Shown here: one piece after another, positions 50,701-58,076 of the stretch
Layout of the letters: the number at the start of each line of letters is the position of its first letter
Numbering within the stretch: the stretch's first letter is position 1
Assembly: GCA_963621995.1 (NCBI GenBank)
Contig: CAVFFZ010000003.1
Span: 12,329 to 76,328 of the forward strand
Source of the DNA: Lachnospiraceae bacterium
GTDB lineage: Bacteria > Bacillota > Clostridia > TANB77 > CAG-508
Length of the DNA: 64,000 bases
Direction: 5' to 3'
Notes under the pieces: model-generated
The model's database searches: none
Told to the model about the DNA's origin: nothing
Seen by the model: only the letters and a program-made list of their open reading frames with translations
Made by a program: the position numbers and the translations under genes

Positions 50701-51059
50701 CAAAAGTTGGTGAAAGAATTAAACTTGTAGACGAATTCAATGAAGATGAAAATAAAAAGGTATTTTTAATTTCATTAAAAGCAGGAGGAACAGGACTGAA
50801 CTTAATAGGAGCAGACATGGTAATTCACTATGATCCATGGTGGAATATATCAGCAGAAAATCAGGCAACAGATAGAACATATAGAATAGGACAAAAGAAA
50901 AATGTTCAGGTGTATAAGTTAATTACAAAAAACTCTATAGAAGAAAAAATTTATGAACTACAAGAAAGAAAATCAAAACTTATAGATAATGTATTATCTA
51001 CAAATGAAACATTTTTAAACAAACTTTCTAAAGAAGAAATAATGGAATTGTTTAAATAA
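47739..51059 (+). CDS. SNF2-family helicase with N-terminal SWIM zinc finger
   Basis: SWIM motif CDCPDYYEHYGTCKHILA. Helicase motifs DDMGLGKT, DEAQYIKN, LTGTPIEN and TDRTYRIGQKK. Confidence 0.85.
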   Translation: MIVNPEILKELQTSAGNERKEKAEKYVDNKKVKITKVIYEDKNNFEIHSKVRGTEIYDVHIKVEKGEIEDVSCDCPDYYEHYGTCKHILATAIEFSNNENYIRIFSGDIEQKQTDMQMYNKYQKREEKYREFKQLINNFYPTHEETNEKNKTKIMPHSIKIEPKLIYNSYLKTLKMEVKIGEKQFYKIKNLVEFYDRMQKKEFYRYGTKLEFVHEEEAFDKDSIPLLQYILKYAEIIKYTNEATNQYTYYGRTMEDSYITISNTGMDELFEVLEGKEAILQKENIEKKILFLKQTPEIKFKIKEENGKEYVLVPNIDVYEYDVIEGRKAIYFFMQNILYKCDDSFKETLKLLQTFRNSFTNHIVFPKEEISKLFSIVFPKVRDKIEVSSLNEDEIKKYIPKELFVKVYLDYNEQNFITADIRFIYEDKEFNPLLEQEMDLARDIAKEDEVLEILKNSGFMLEVEKARLILANENLIYNFLSSDIETYMKKFEVLATDNFKKKEIKEPKIGSLGVRIENNLLSVDFSNLDFEPSELKEIMQKYHLKKKYHRLKDGSFITLEKNETIELLDSMTNGLDINFKELEKGEVKLPIYRSLYLDRMLDNIKGTVITKNENYKELVNKVENKELNEEINLPKNLNASLRSYQKVGYKWLKVLNSYGFGGILADDMGLGKTIQLLAVILDYVQNEKNSKPSIVICPSSLSLNWQNEIKKFTPDLTSLVIHGNADERKKQLKSIPKYNIVITSYDLLKRDIETYKELNYEFKFIIADEAQYIKNNNTQNAKAIKQINANTKYALTGTPIENSLSELWSIFDFIMPGYLFGYRKFKELYEMPIVKDEDNTTMRKLKMIIEPFILRRIKGEVLTELPDKTITVLNNEMEEEQQKIYMSYMQNARSEMMQEINANGFEKSQIKILALLMRLRQICCHPALFLSDYKSESSKLNQCIEVIKDAVDSGHKILLFSSYTGMFPMIEEKLKKEKIGYSKLTGQTKVGERIKLVDEFNEDENKKVFLISLKAGGTGLNLIGADMVIHYDPWWNISAENQATDRTYRIGQKKNVQVYKLITKNSIEEKIYELQERKSKLIDNVLSTNETFLNKLSKEEIMELFK

Positions 51060-51082
51060 AATGGTAATTATTGTAAAAGCAC

Positions 51083-51111
51083 TTGACAATATAAAAGCAA
51101 TATAGTATTAT
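51083..51111 (+). promoter_or_regulatory. Promoter of the candidate antitoxin small RNA
   Basis: TTGACA-17 nt-TATTAT, about 45 nt upstream of a terminator. Confidence 0.5.
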
Positions 51112-51117
51112 TATTTT

Positions 51118-51186
51118 AGAAATAGCATTAAGTGATTATTTATAAAACCAATAAAAAACTCGCGAGTTCCGTTCGCGAGTTTTTTA
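51118..51186 (+). ncRNA. Candidate ~70-nt antisense (antitoxin-like) RNA
   Basis: Bounded by the 51083-51111 promoter and the 51153-51185 terminator. Nucleotides 51124-51150 match + strand 51245-51271 at 24/27 positions, so the RNA is complementary to the start region of the minus-strand peptide mRNA. Confidence 0.4.
51153..51185. terminator. Bidirectional intrinsic terminator shared by the convergent transcripts
   Basis: A6-ACTCGCGA-GTTCCGT-TCGCGAGT-T6. Confidence 0.85.
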
Positions 51187-51198
51187 TGTACATATTTA

Positions 51199-51264
51199 TT
51201 ATTTAAATAATAAAAGAATTAAATAAATAATTATAAGTACAATAAGCATTAAGTGCTTGTTCAT
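51199..51264 (-). CDS. 21-aa hydrophobic peptide MNKHLMLIVLIIIYLILLLFK (type I toxin-like)
   Basis: Internal ATG of the 62-aa ORF-track model. It is preceded by AAGGAGGTGG with a 7-nt spacer. The stop lies 13 nt before the terminator stem. Confidence 0.45.
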   Translation of the reverse strand: MNKHLMLIVLIIIYLILLLFK

Positions 51265-51312
51265 AAAACCACCTCCTTTTAAAGAATACTCTCTACTAAA
51301 GAGGCAGAAAAA

Positions 51313-51341
51313 ATTATATAATACAATTAACATAAAGTAAA
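51313..51341 (-). promoter_or_regulatory. Candidate promoter of the peptide mRNA
   Basis: On the minus strand, TTTACT-17 nt-TATAAT. Confidence 0.35.
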
Positions 51342-51387
51342 GAAAAATCGTAAGACAAAAAACGACATAAAATTGAAAAATGAACAA

Positions 51388-51416
51388 TTGAAAACAATAA
51401 GTAAGTGTGATATTAT
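51388..51416 (+). promoter_or_regulatory. Candidate trmFO promoter
   Basis: TTGAAA-17 nt-TATTAT with an extended TGa. Confidence 0.55.
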
Positions 51417-51447
51417 ATGAATATTAAATAGAGTTAGGAGAAATTAA

Positions 51448-52851
51448 ATGAAAGATTATATAACAATAATAGGTGGAGGTTTAGCAGGAACTGAAGCGGC
51501 ATACCAAATAGCAAGAGCAGGAATAAAGGTAAAACTATATGAAATGAAACCAGAAGAATTTTCTAAAGCACATTCAAATGAAAACTTAGCAGAAATAGTA
51601 TGCAGTAATTCATTTAAATCAAACTTACATACAAACGCATGTGGTCTATTAAAAGAAGAATTAAGAATGTTAGATAGTTTGCTTATAAAAGTAGCAGATG
51701 AAACAGCAGTTCCAGCAGGACAAGCATTGGCAGTAGATAGAGAAAAGTTTTCTGAAAAAGTAACAAAATTTTTAGAAAACATGGGAAATATAGAAATAAT
51801 AAGAAAAGAAGTAACATCTTTAGAAAAAATAATAAATGATGGGATAGTAATAATAGCAACAGGGCCACTTACATCAAATAAATTAGCAAAAGAAATAAAG
51901 AAACTAACAGGAGAAAAAGAACTTGCATTTTATGATGCAGCAGCACCTATAATAGAAAAAGATAGTATAAATTTTGACATAGCTTTTTATGGAAATAGAT
52001 ATGATGAAGAACGAGGCAAAGACGAAGATGTAGGAGAGTGGAAGAAAAGAATAGAAAACCAAGAACAAAGCTATATAAATCTTCCTATGAACAAAGAAGA
52101 ATATGAAAACTTTGTAAATGAACTAGTAAATGCAGAAATAGTTGAATTACATGAATTTGAAAAAAGAGAAATATTTGAAGGCTGTATGCCAATAGAAGTT
52201 ATGGCAAAAAGAGGACTAGACACATTAAGATTTGGACCATTAAAGCCAGTAGGATTTACAGATTTAAGAACAGCAAGAAGGCCATATGCAGTGGTACAAT
52301 TAAGACAAGATAATGACGAAGGAACAATGTATAATATAGTAGGGTTCCAAACAAATTTAAAATTTGGAGAACAAAAAAGAGTATTTTCTTTAATTCCTGG
52401 GCTAGAAAGTGCGGAATTTATGAAATATGGAGTAATGCATAGAAACACATTTATAAATTCACCTAAACTATTAGACAATACATATAAAATGAAAGAACAT
52501 TCAAATATATATTTTGCAGGGCAAATAACAGGAGTAGAAGGATATGTTGAATCAATTTCATCTGGAATGGTAGCTTCTTTAAATGCAATACAAAATTTTA
52601 ACAAAACAAATAAAAAAATAATATTTCCAAAAGATACAATGATAGGGGCATTAAGTAATTATATATCAACAGATAATGCAAATTTTCAACCTATGAATGC
52701 GAACTTTGGAATAGTACCTTCTTTAGAAGAAAAAATAAAAGACAAAAAAATAAAATATGGAAGACTTGCAGATAAAGCAATAGAGAGCTTAAAACATACA
52801 TGTAAAAATATAGTTGCACTGCATTTAAATATATGTTATAATAATAAATAG
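51448..52851 (+). CDS. trmFO: Methylenetetrahydrofolate--tRNA-(uracil54-C5)-methyltransferase
   Basis: IIGGGLAGTEAA FAD fold, CSNSFKS, and GQITGVEGYVES. Confidence 0.92.
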   Translation: MKDYITIIGGGLAGTEAAYQIARAGIKVKLYEMKPEEFSKAHSNENLAEIVCSNSFKSNLHTNACGLLKEELRMLDSLLIKVADETAVPAGQALAVDREKFSEKVTKFLENMGNIEIIRKEVTSLEKIINDGIVIIATGPLTSNKLAKEIKKLTGEKELAFYDAAAPIIEKDSINFDIAFYGNRYDEERGKDEDVGEWKKRIENQEQSYINLPMNKEEYENFVNELVNAEIVELHEFEKREIFEGCMPIEVMAKRGLDTLRFGPLKPVGFTDLRTARRPYAVVQLRQDNDEGTMYNIVGFQTNLKFGEQKRVFSLIPGLESAEFMKYGVMHRNTFINSPKLLDNTYKMKEHSNIYFAGQITGVEGYVESISSGMVASLNAIQNFNKTNKKIIFPKDTMIGALSNYISTDNANFQPMNANFGIVPSLEEKIKDKKIKYGRLADKAIESLKHTCKNIVALHLNICYNNK

Positions 52852-52881
52852 GTGAAATCTTTTTGGAAGGAGAAAGATATA

Positions 52882-54105
52882 ATGAGAGAAAAATATATAA
52901 AAATTTATGGAGAATTAAAAAGTGGAGAAAAAGATAAGAGACTAGAAGAATTAAAAAACAAAATAAATGAAAAAACAGCAACACAACAAGAATATAAAGA
53001 AGCAAAAAGAATTGAAAAAGCAAAAGAAAATTTAGAAAAAGTAGAATCTGTTATGAAATTACAAAGAAAGGTAAATGCTGAAATATTAAAAGTAGAAGGA
53101 ACAATAAATAGAATAAATACAAACAATAAATTTTCAGAACAACTTGATAAAACTTTAATAGACTTAGAAGAAGAATTAAAGAAAATTGAAGACGAAAGAA
53201 GAAGAAACCAAGAAGAACTAAAAACTGCAACAGAAGAAAATAAAGCTACTTTAACTGCAAAAATAGAAGAAGCAAACAGGGAAATTGAAGAAAACAACTT
53301 TAAATATCAAAAAGCAGTGCAAAGTAAATTAAATATAGAAAACACTAAAAATGTAGAATTAGGCCAATATGGTAAAATGACTATAGAAGAGCTAAATGAA
53401 AAACAAAATGACTTAAAAAATAAATCTGCAAGATGCGATCTTGTAATAGTTAATTTATTAAAAGGTAGAAACTTAGACGACATAAGTGTACAATTAGATA
53501 ATTATCAAAATAGAACATTTAAATGTGATGAAAAATTATCTAATAGAAGAAAAACTATAAAGAAAGACAAGGTTAAAGACACTGAGCTAGAAATGTCAGA
53601 TGAAAAGTTGGCTGAAATTGAGAAAGGTTTAGAAAGAGAAACTAGAAAAATAGAAAATGAAGTTAGAAAAGAAACAGCATTAACAACAGAGTCAGAATTT
53701 GCCAAGAAACATCCAAGATTAGCTAAAATAGGAAATTGGTTTAAAAATATATTTAGCAAAAAAGCAAAGAGTGAACAAGCAGTAGAAAATGTTCAAGAAA
53801 AAGAAACAAAAATAGAAAGAAGAACAAAGGGAGAAAAAGAAACAAGAGTAGAAAAAGATGCTAACAAAGATAAAGTTATAGAAGATATAATAAACTCTAA
53901 TGAAAATGACTTTAAGAAATATTTGAAAGATATTACAAAAAATGGATATGACAAAACTATAGAAGAAAAAGCTATGGAAAATATTGTGAGAAGACAAGAA
54001 AAATTAAAACAAGCTAAAGAACAAGCATATGATAGAGAAGTAGCAAAATTAGGAAAAGATTATGCAGAAAAATCATATCATAAAGACGAAGAATTAGAAA
54101 AGTAA
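52882..54105 (+). CDS. Highly charged K/E-rich predicted coiled-coil protein, function unknown
   Basis: About 407 aa with uninterrupted heptad-like K/E/N composition, no TM helix and no recognisable catalytic motif. ATG 52882 follows GGAAGGAG. Confidence 0.5.
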   Translation: MREKYIKIYGELKSGEKDKRLEELKNKINEKTATQQEYKEAKRIEKAKENLEKVESVMKLQRKVNAEILKVEGTINRINTNNKFSEQLDKTLIDLEEELKKIEDERRRNQEELKTATEENKATLTAKIEEANREIEENNFKYQKAVQSKLNIENTKNVELGQYGKMTIEELNEKQNDLKNKSARCDLVIVNLLKGRNLDDISVQLDNYQNRTFKCDEKLSNRRKTIKKDKVKDTELEMSDEKLAEIEKGLERETRKIENEVRKETALTTESEFAKKHPRLAKIGNWFKNIFSKKAKSEQAVENVQEKETKIERRTKGEKETRVEKDANKDKVIEDIINSNENDFKKYLKDITKNGYDKTIEEKAMENIVRRQEKLKQAKEQAYDREVAKLGKDYAEKSYHKDEELEK

Positions 54106-54153
54106 AACATATAAAGAATTATGTAAAATTACTTAAAAATAAGTGAAATTCTA

Positions 54154-54182
54154 TTGACATATGTACTATAAAATGATACAAT
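54154..54182 (+). promoter_or_regulatory. str-operon (rpsL) promoter
   Basis: TTGACA-17 nt-TACAAT. Confidence 0.65.
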
Positions 54183-54185
54183 AAT

Positions 54186-54237
54186 AACCGCTAATGTAAA
54201 TTGCCAAGAAAAGGCATTTGCGTAGCGGTTTTATTTT
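54186..54237 (+). promoter_or_regulatory. 5'-proximal long stem-loop followed by a U-rich tract in the rpsL leader
   Basis: AACCGCTA...TGCC-AAGAAAA-GGCA...TAGCGGTT followed by TTATTTT. It starts at about the predicted transcription start. Confidence 0.4.
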
Positions 54238-54282
54238 GCCGAAGGACAGAGCAAAAATAAAATTTAAGGAGGTGAAATTTAA

Positions 54283-54696
54283 GTGCCAACAATTAACCAA
54301 TTAGTAAGAAAAGGAAGATATACTGCAACAACTAAATCTACATCACCAGCTCTACAACATGGTTACAATTCTATGAAGAAAAAAGTAACAGATAAAAGAG
54401 CACCACAAAAAAGAGGTGTATGTACAGTAGTTAAAACAGTAACACCTAAAAAGCCAAACTCTGCTTTAAGAAAAGTAGCCAGAGTAAGACTTTCAAATGG
54501 GTATGAGGTAACATCTTATATTCCTGGAATAGGACATAACCTACAAGAACATAGTGTTGTTCTAATTAGAGGTGGAAGGGTAAAAGATTTACCTGGTGTT
54601 CGTTACCACATTATAAGGGGTACATTAGATACAGCTGGAGTAAAAGACAGAATGCAAGCTAGATCTAAGTATGGAGCAAAAAGACCTAAAAAATAA
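54283..54696 (+). CDS. rpsL: 30S ribosomal protein S12
   Basis: [12 protein letters not shown]...[10 protein letters not shown]...[16 protein letters not shown] start after AAGGAGGTG. Confidence 0.97.
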   Translation: MPTINQLVRKGRYTATTKSTSPALQHGYNSMKKKVTDKRAPQKRGVCTVVKTVTPKKPNSALRKVARVRLSNGYEVTSYIPGIGHNLQEHSVVLIRGGRVKDLPGVRYHIIRGTLDTAGVKDRMQARSKYGAKRPKK

Positions 54697-55020
54697 AAAA
54701 CAAATAAAAAGCAGCATTTTGCGTTGTCAGGCTGCATAAAAATTTTTTCGATATACAATTTGTATTATCTTAAAAATTTTTACTTGCTTTCCTAGCAATA
54801 TACTACTTTTAATTTGTTTTTAATTAATTTTAGTGCATATAAGAAATTACTAATTTGAAGTAGAAGTTAAATTTTTAGCTTTGGTGCTTAAATTTATAAT
54901 AGATTATACGCACTATACTGAAGAAATTTGAGAAGAAAAGTAAAGTATTAAATTTCTTAAGAGTACCAAAGATACTTTTATAGGTATCTACAAAAAAGGA
55001 GAACATTATAATTATTTTAA

Positions 55021-55110
55021 CACTAATTCACGAGGAAAGGAAACATACACCTTAGCAAGAGTGAAAGTGGCAAAAAAGTAAAATGTGTTCCCTAACATAT
55101 AATAAGGAGG
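55021..55110 (+). promoter_or_regulatory. Conserved ~90-nt leader, copy 1 (upstream of rpsG)
   Basis: CACTAATTCA..AGGAAA..CCTTA..GTGAAAGTGGCAAAA..GTAA..GTGTTCCCT..ACAT..ATAAGGAGG aligns with 55625-55713. Confidence 0.55.
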
Positions 55111-55118
55111 GAAGAATA

Positions 55119-55589
55119 GTGCCAAGAAGAGGATTTATAGCAAAAAGAGATGTAATAGCAGATCCAATGTACAATAGCAAACTTGTTACAAAATTAGTTA
55201 ACAATGTTATGTTAGATGGTAAAAAAACAGTAGCTCAAAAAATAGTATATGATGCATTTGATATCATAAAAGAAAAAGAGCAAAGAGATCCGCTAGAAGT
55301 ATTTGAAGAAGCACTTAACAATGTAATGCCAGTACTAGAAGTAAAGGCAAGAAGAGTTGGAGGTGCTACATACCAAGTACCATTAGAAATTAGACCAGAA
55401 AGAAGACAAACTTTAGGTTTAAGATGGTTAGTATCATATGCTAGAAACAGACATGAAAAAACTATGGCTGAAAAACTAGCAGGTGAAATCTTAGATGCTA
55501 TCGCTGGAAATGGTGGAGCATTCAAGAAGAAAGAAGATATGCATAGAATGGCAGAAGCTAATAAAGCATTTGCACATTACAAATGGTAA
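55119..55589 (+). CDS. rpsG: 30S ribosomal protein S7
   Basis: GTG 55119 gives the canonical MPRRG... N-terminus 8 nt after AAGGAGGG. The ORF-track start at 55083 adds 12 non-conserved residues. Confidence 0.95.
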   Translation: MPRRGFIAKRDVIADPMYNSKLVTKLVNNVMLDGKKTVAQKIVYDAFDIIKEKEQRDPLEVFEEALNNVMPVLEVKARRVGGATYQVPLEIRPERRQTLGLRWLVSYARNRHEKTMAEKLAGEILDAIAGNGGAFKKKEDMHRMAEANKAFAHYKW

Positions 55590-55624
55590 AAATATAACAA
55601 GGCGAATACGAAAATACCTGACAT

Positions 55625-55713
55625 CACTAATTCATAAGGAAAAGAGATATTCCTTATGCCAAGTGGAAGTGACAAAAGGGTAAGGAGTGTCCCTTGACAT
55701 TAGAAATAAGGAG
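55625..55713 (+). promoter_or_regulatory. Conserved ~90-nt leader, copy 2 (upstream of fusA)
   Basis: CACTAATTCA..AGGAAA..CCTTA..GTGGAAGTGACAAAA..GTAA..GTGTCCCT..ACAT..ATAAGGAGG. Confidence 0.55.
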
Positions 55714-55722
55714 GATAAATAT

Positions 55723-57807
55723 ATGGCTGGAAGAGAGTTTCCTTTAGAAAAAACAAGAAACATAGGAATCATGGCCCATATAGATGCAGGAAAAACTACT
55801 ACTACAGAAAGAATTCTATTTTATACAGGTAGAACTCATAAAATAGGAGAAGTTCACGAAGGTGCAGCAACAATGGACTGGATGGTTCAAGAACAAGAAA
55901 GAGGTATTACAATTACTTCAGCCGCAACTACATGTAAATGGTTAGGCCATAGAATCAATATTATAGATACACCAGGTCACGTTGACTTCACAGTAGAAGT
56001 TGAAAGATCTTTAAGAGTATTAGACGGTTCTGTACTTGTACTTGCAGCAAGAAGTGGTGTACAACCACAATCTGAAACAGTTTGGAAACAAGCTAACAAA
56101 TATATGGTACCAAGAATGGCATATGTAAATAAAATGGATATGACAGGCGCTGATTTCTATAGTTGTGTTGAGCAAATGAAAGATAGATTAAAAGCAAATG
56201 CTATTCCAATTGAATTACCAATTGGTGCTGAAGACAATTTCAAAGGAATTGTTGACTTAGTTAAAATGAGAGCTTTTATTCATAAAGATGATTTAGGAAA
56301 AGAAATTGAAGAAACAGATATTCCTGAAGATTTAAAAGAAAAAGCAGAACAATACAGAGCACAAATGGTAGAAGCAGTTGCAGAACAAGATGATGAATTA
56401 ATGATGAAATACTTAGAAGGAGAAGAATTAACAGTAGATGAAATAAGAGCAGGTCTAAGAAAAGGAACAATAGCAAACACAATAGTTCCTGTAACATGTG
56501 GTTCATCATACAAAAATAAAGGTGTACAAGAATTATTAGACGCTATAGTATACTATATGCCATCACCACTTGATATACCACACATTAAAGGTGTAGATGA
56601 AGATGGAAACGAAGTAGAAAGAAAAACTTCAGACTCAGAACCATTTGCAGCATTAGCATTTAAAATTGCAACAGACCCATTTGTTGGAAAACTTTGTTTC
56701 TTTAGAGTATATTCAGGAACATTAGAAGCTGGATCTACAATATTAAATGCAAACAAAGATAAAAAAGATAGAATGGGAAGAATTTTATTAATGCATGCTA
56801 ACCACAGAGAAGATATAGATAAAGTATATGCTGGAGATATAGCAGCAGCAGTTGGATTAAAAGAAGTATCTACAGGTGATACACTTTGTGATCCAGCACA
56901 CCCAGTTATATTAGAATCAATGGAATTCCCAGAGCCAGTTATCGATATCGCTATAGAGCCAAAAGATAAAGCAAATAGCGAAAAAATGGGTATAGCTTTA
57001 GCAAAACTTGCTGAAGAAGATCCAACATTCAAAACTCATACAGATCAAGAAACTGGACAAACAATTATCGCTGGTATGGGTGAGCTTCACCTAGATATCA
57101 TCGTAGACAGATTAAAAAGAGAATTTAAAGTTGAATGTACTGTAGGTAAACCACAAGTTTCTTACAAAGAAACAATTAGAAATAAAGTTAAAGTTCAAGG
57201 TAAATTCGCTCGTCAATCTGGTGGACGTGGACAATACGGAGACGTATGGATTGAATTAGAACCATTAGAGCCAGGTTCAGGAATTGTATTTGAAAGCAAA
57301 ATCGTTGGTGGAGCTGTTCCAAAAGAATATATTAAACCAACAGAAGATGGTATTAGAGAAGCAGCTGAAACAGGAATTTTAGCTGGATATCCAGTTATAG
57401 ATTTCAAAGCTACATTAGTAGATGGTTCATACCACGAAGTTGACTCTTCAGAAATGGCATTCAAAATTGCAGGTTCTATGGCATTCAAAGAAGGATGTCG
57501 TCAAGCAAAATCTGTATTATTAGAGCCAATTATGAAAGTTGAAGTAACAGTTCCAGAAGAATACATGGGAGATGTTATTGGAGATATTAATGCAAGACGT
57601 GGAAGAATGGAAGGTATGGAAGCGAGAAGTGGAGATCAAATAATTCGTGGATTTATTCCATTATCAGAAATGTTTGGTTATGCAACAGACTTACGTTCTA
57701 AAACACAAGGTAGAGGAACATATGCTATGGAACCATCTCATTACGAAGAAGTTCCAAAATCAGTTCTAGAAGCAATAGTAGCTTCAAGAGCTAAAAAACA
57801 AGACTAA
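55723..57807 (+). CDS. fusA: Elongation factor G
   Basis: ATG 55723 gives [36 protein letters not shown], followed by the full EF-G domain set. Confidence 0.97.
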   Translation: MAGREFPLEKTRNIGIMAHIDAGKTTTTERILFYTGRTHKIGEVHEGAATMDWMVQEQERGITITSAATTCKWLGHRINIIDTPGHVDFTVEVERSLRVLDGSVLVLAARSGVQPQSETVWKQANKYMVPRMAYVNKMDMTGADFYSCVEQMKDRLKANAIPIELPIGAEDNFKGIVDLVKMRAFIHKDDLGKEIEETDIPEDLKEKAEQYRAQMVEAVAEQDDELMMKYLEGEELTVDEIRAGLRKGTIANTIVPVTCGSSYKNKGVQELLDAIVYYMPSPLDIPHIKGVDEDGNEVERKTSDSEPFAALAFKIATDPFVGKLCFFRVYSGTLEAGSTILNANKDKKDRMGRILLMHANHREDIDKVYAGDIAAAVGLKEVSTGDTLCDPAHPVILESMEFPEPVIDIAIEPKDKANSEKMGIALAKLAEEDPTFKTHTDQETGQTIIAGMGELHLDIIVDRLKREFKVECTVGKPQVSYKETIRNKVKVQGKFARQSGGRGQYGDVWIELEPLEPGSGIVFESKIVGGAVPKEYIKPTEDGIREAAETGILAGYPVIDFKATLVDGSYHEVDSSEMAFKIAGSMAFKEGCRQAKSVLLEPIMKVEVTVPEEYMGDVIGDINARRGRMEGMEARSGDQIIRGFIPLSEMFGYATDLRSKTQGRGTYAMEPSHYEEVPKSVLEAIVASRAKKQD

Positions 57808-57929
57808 TAAAAATAAATAAAGTACTTGCATTTTTAGCAAATATGTTATAAAATGCAAGTGCAAAATTAAATTAGTTATTAATTTTAAAACATAAAAGAG
57901 TGGTGAACTTAAATCACTAAAAGCCAATA

Positions 57930-58052
57930 AAATTTTAATTAAAAACAAGTGTTACTAGGAAAGTAAGTGAATAAACCAGAGGCATACTTATGTATGTTGA
58001 GAGTTTATAAATGAAGCTTGACGAAGCAAAACGTAGTTTTTAATTAAAATTT
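57930..58052 (+). promoter_or_regulatory. tuf leader enclosed by a perfect 17-bp inverted repeat
   Basis: AAATTTTAATTAAAAAC (57930-57946) pairs with GTTTTTAATTAAAATTT (58036-58052). They flank 89 nt and end 8 nt before the tuf SD. Confidence 0.45.
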
Positions 58053-58076
58053 AGATAAAAAGGAGGAAATGAAAAA

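Noticed and set aside
55055-55075. AGTGA/AGTGG words in the rpsG and fusA leaders that resemble MraZ boxes.
   Set aside because: They are spaced 6 nt apart, not the 10-11-bp phasing of MraZ operators, and occur only twice per leader. They are better explained as one strand of the conserved leader stem.
55083-55118. ORF-track N-terminal extensions of rpsG (start 55083) and fusA (start 55687), and similar extensions for acpS, xth, gdpP, rplI, ftsH, the TIM44-like gene, the permease and the coiled-coil gene.
   Set aside because: Internal starts give the conserved N-termini ([26 protein letters not shown] and others) at proper distance from strong SD sequences. The longer models start inside or upstream of the SD.
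54697-55118. Possibility of a missing or decayed gene, for example a ybxF/L7Ae-like pseudogene, in the rpsL-rpsG spacer.
   Set aside because: I found no extended reading frame or recognisable peptide remnant in any frame, and stops occur every few codons. A decayed gene cannot be excluded without a translated search.
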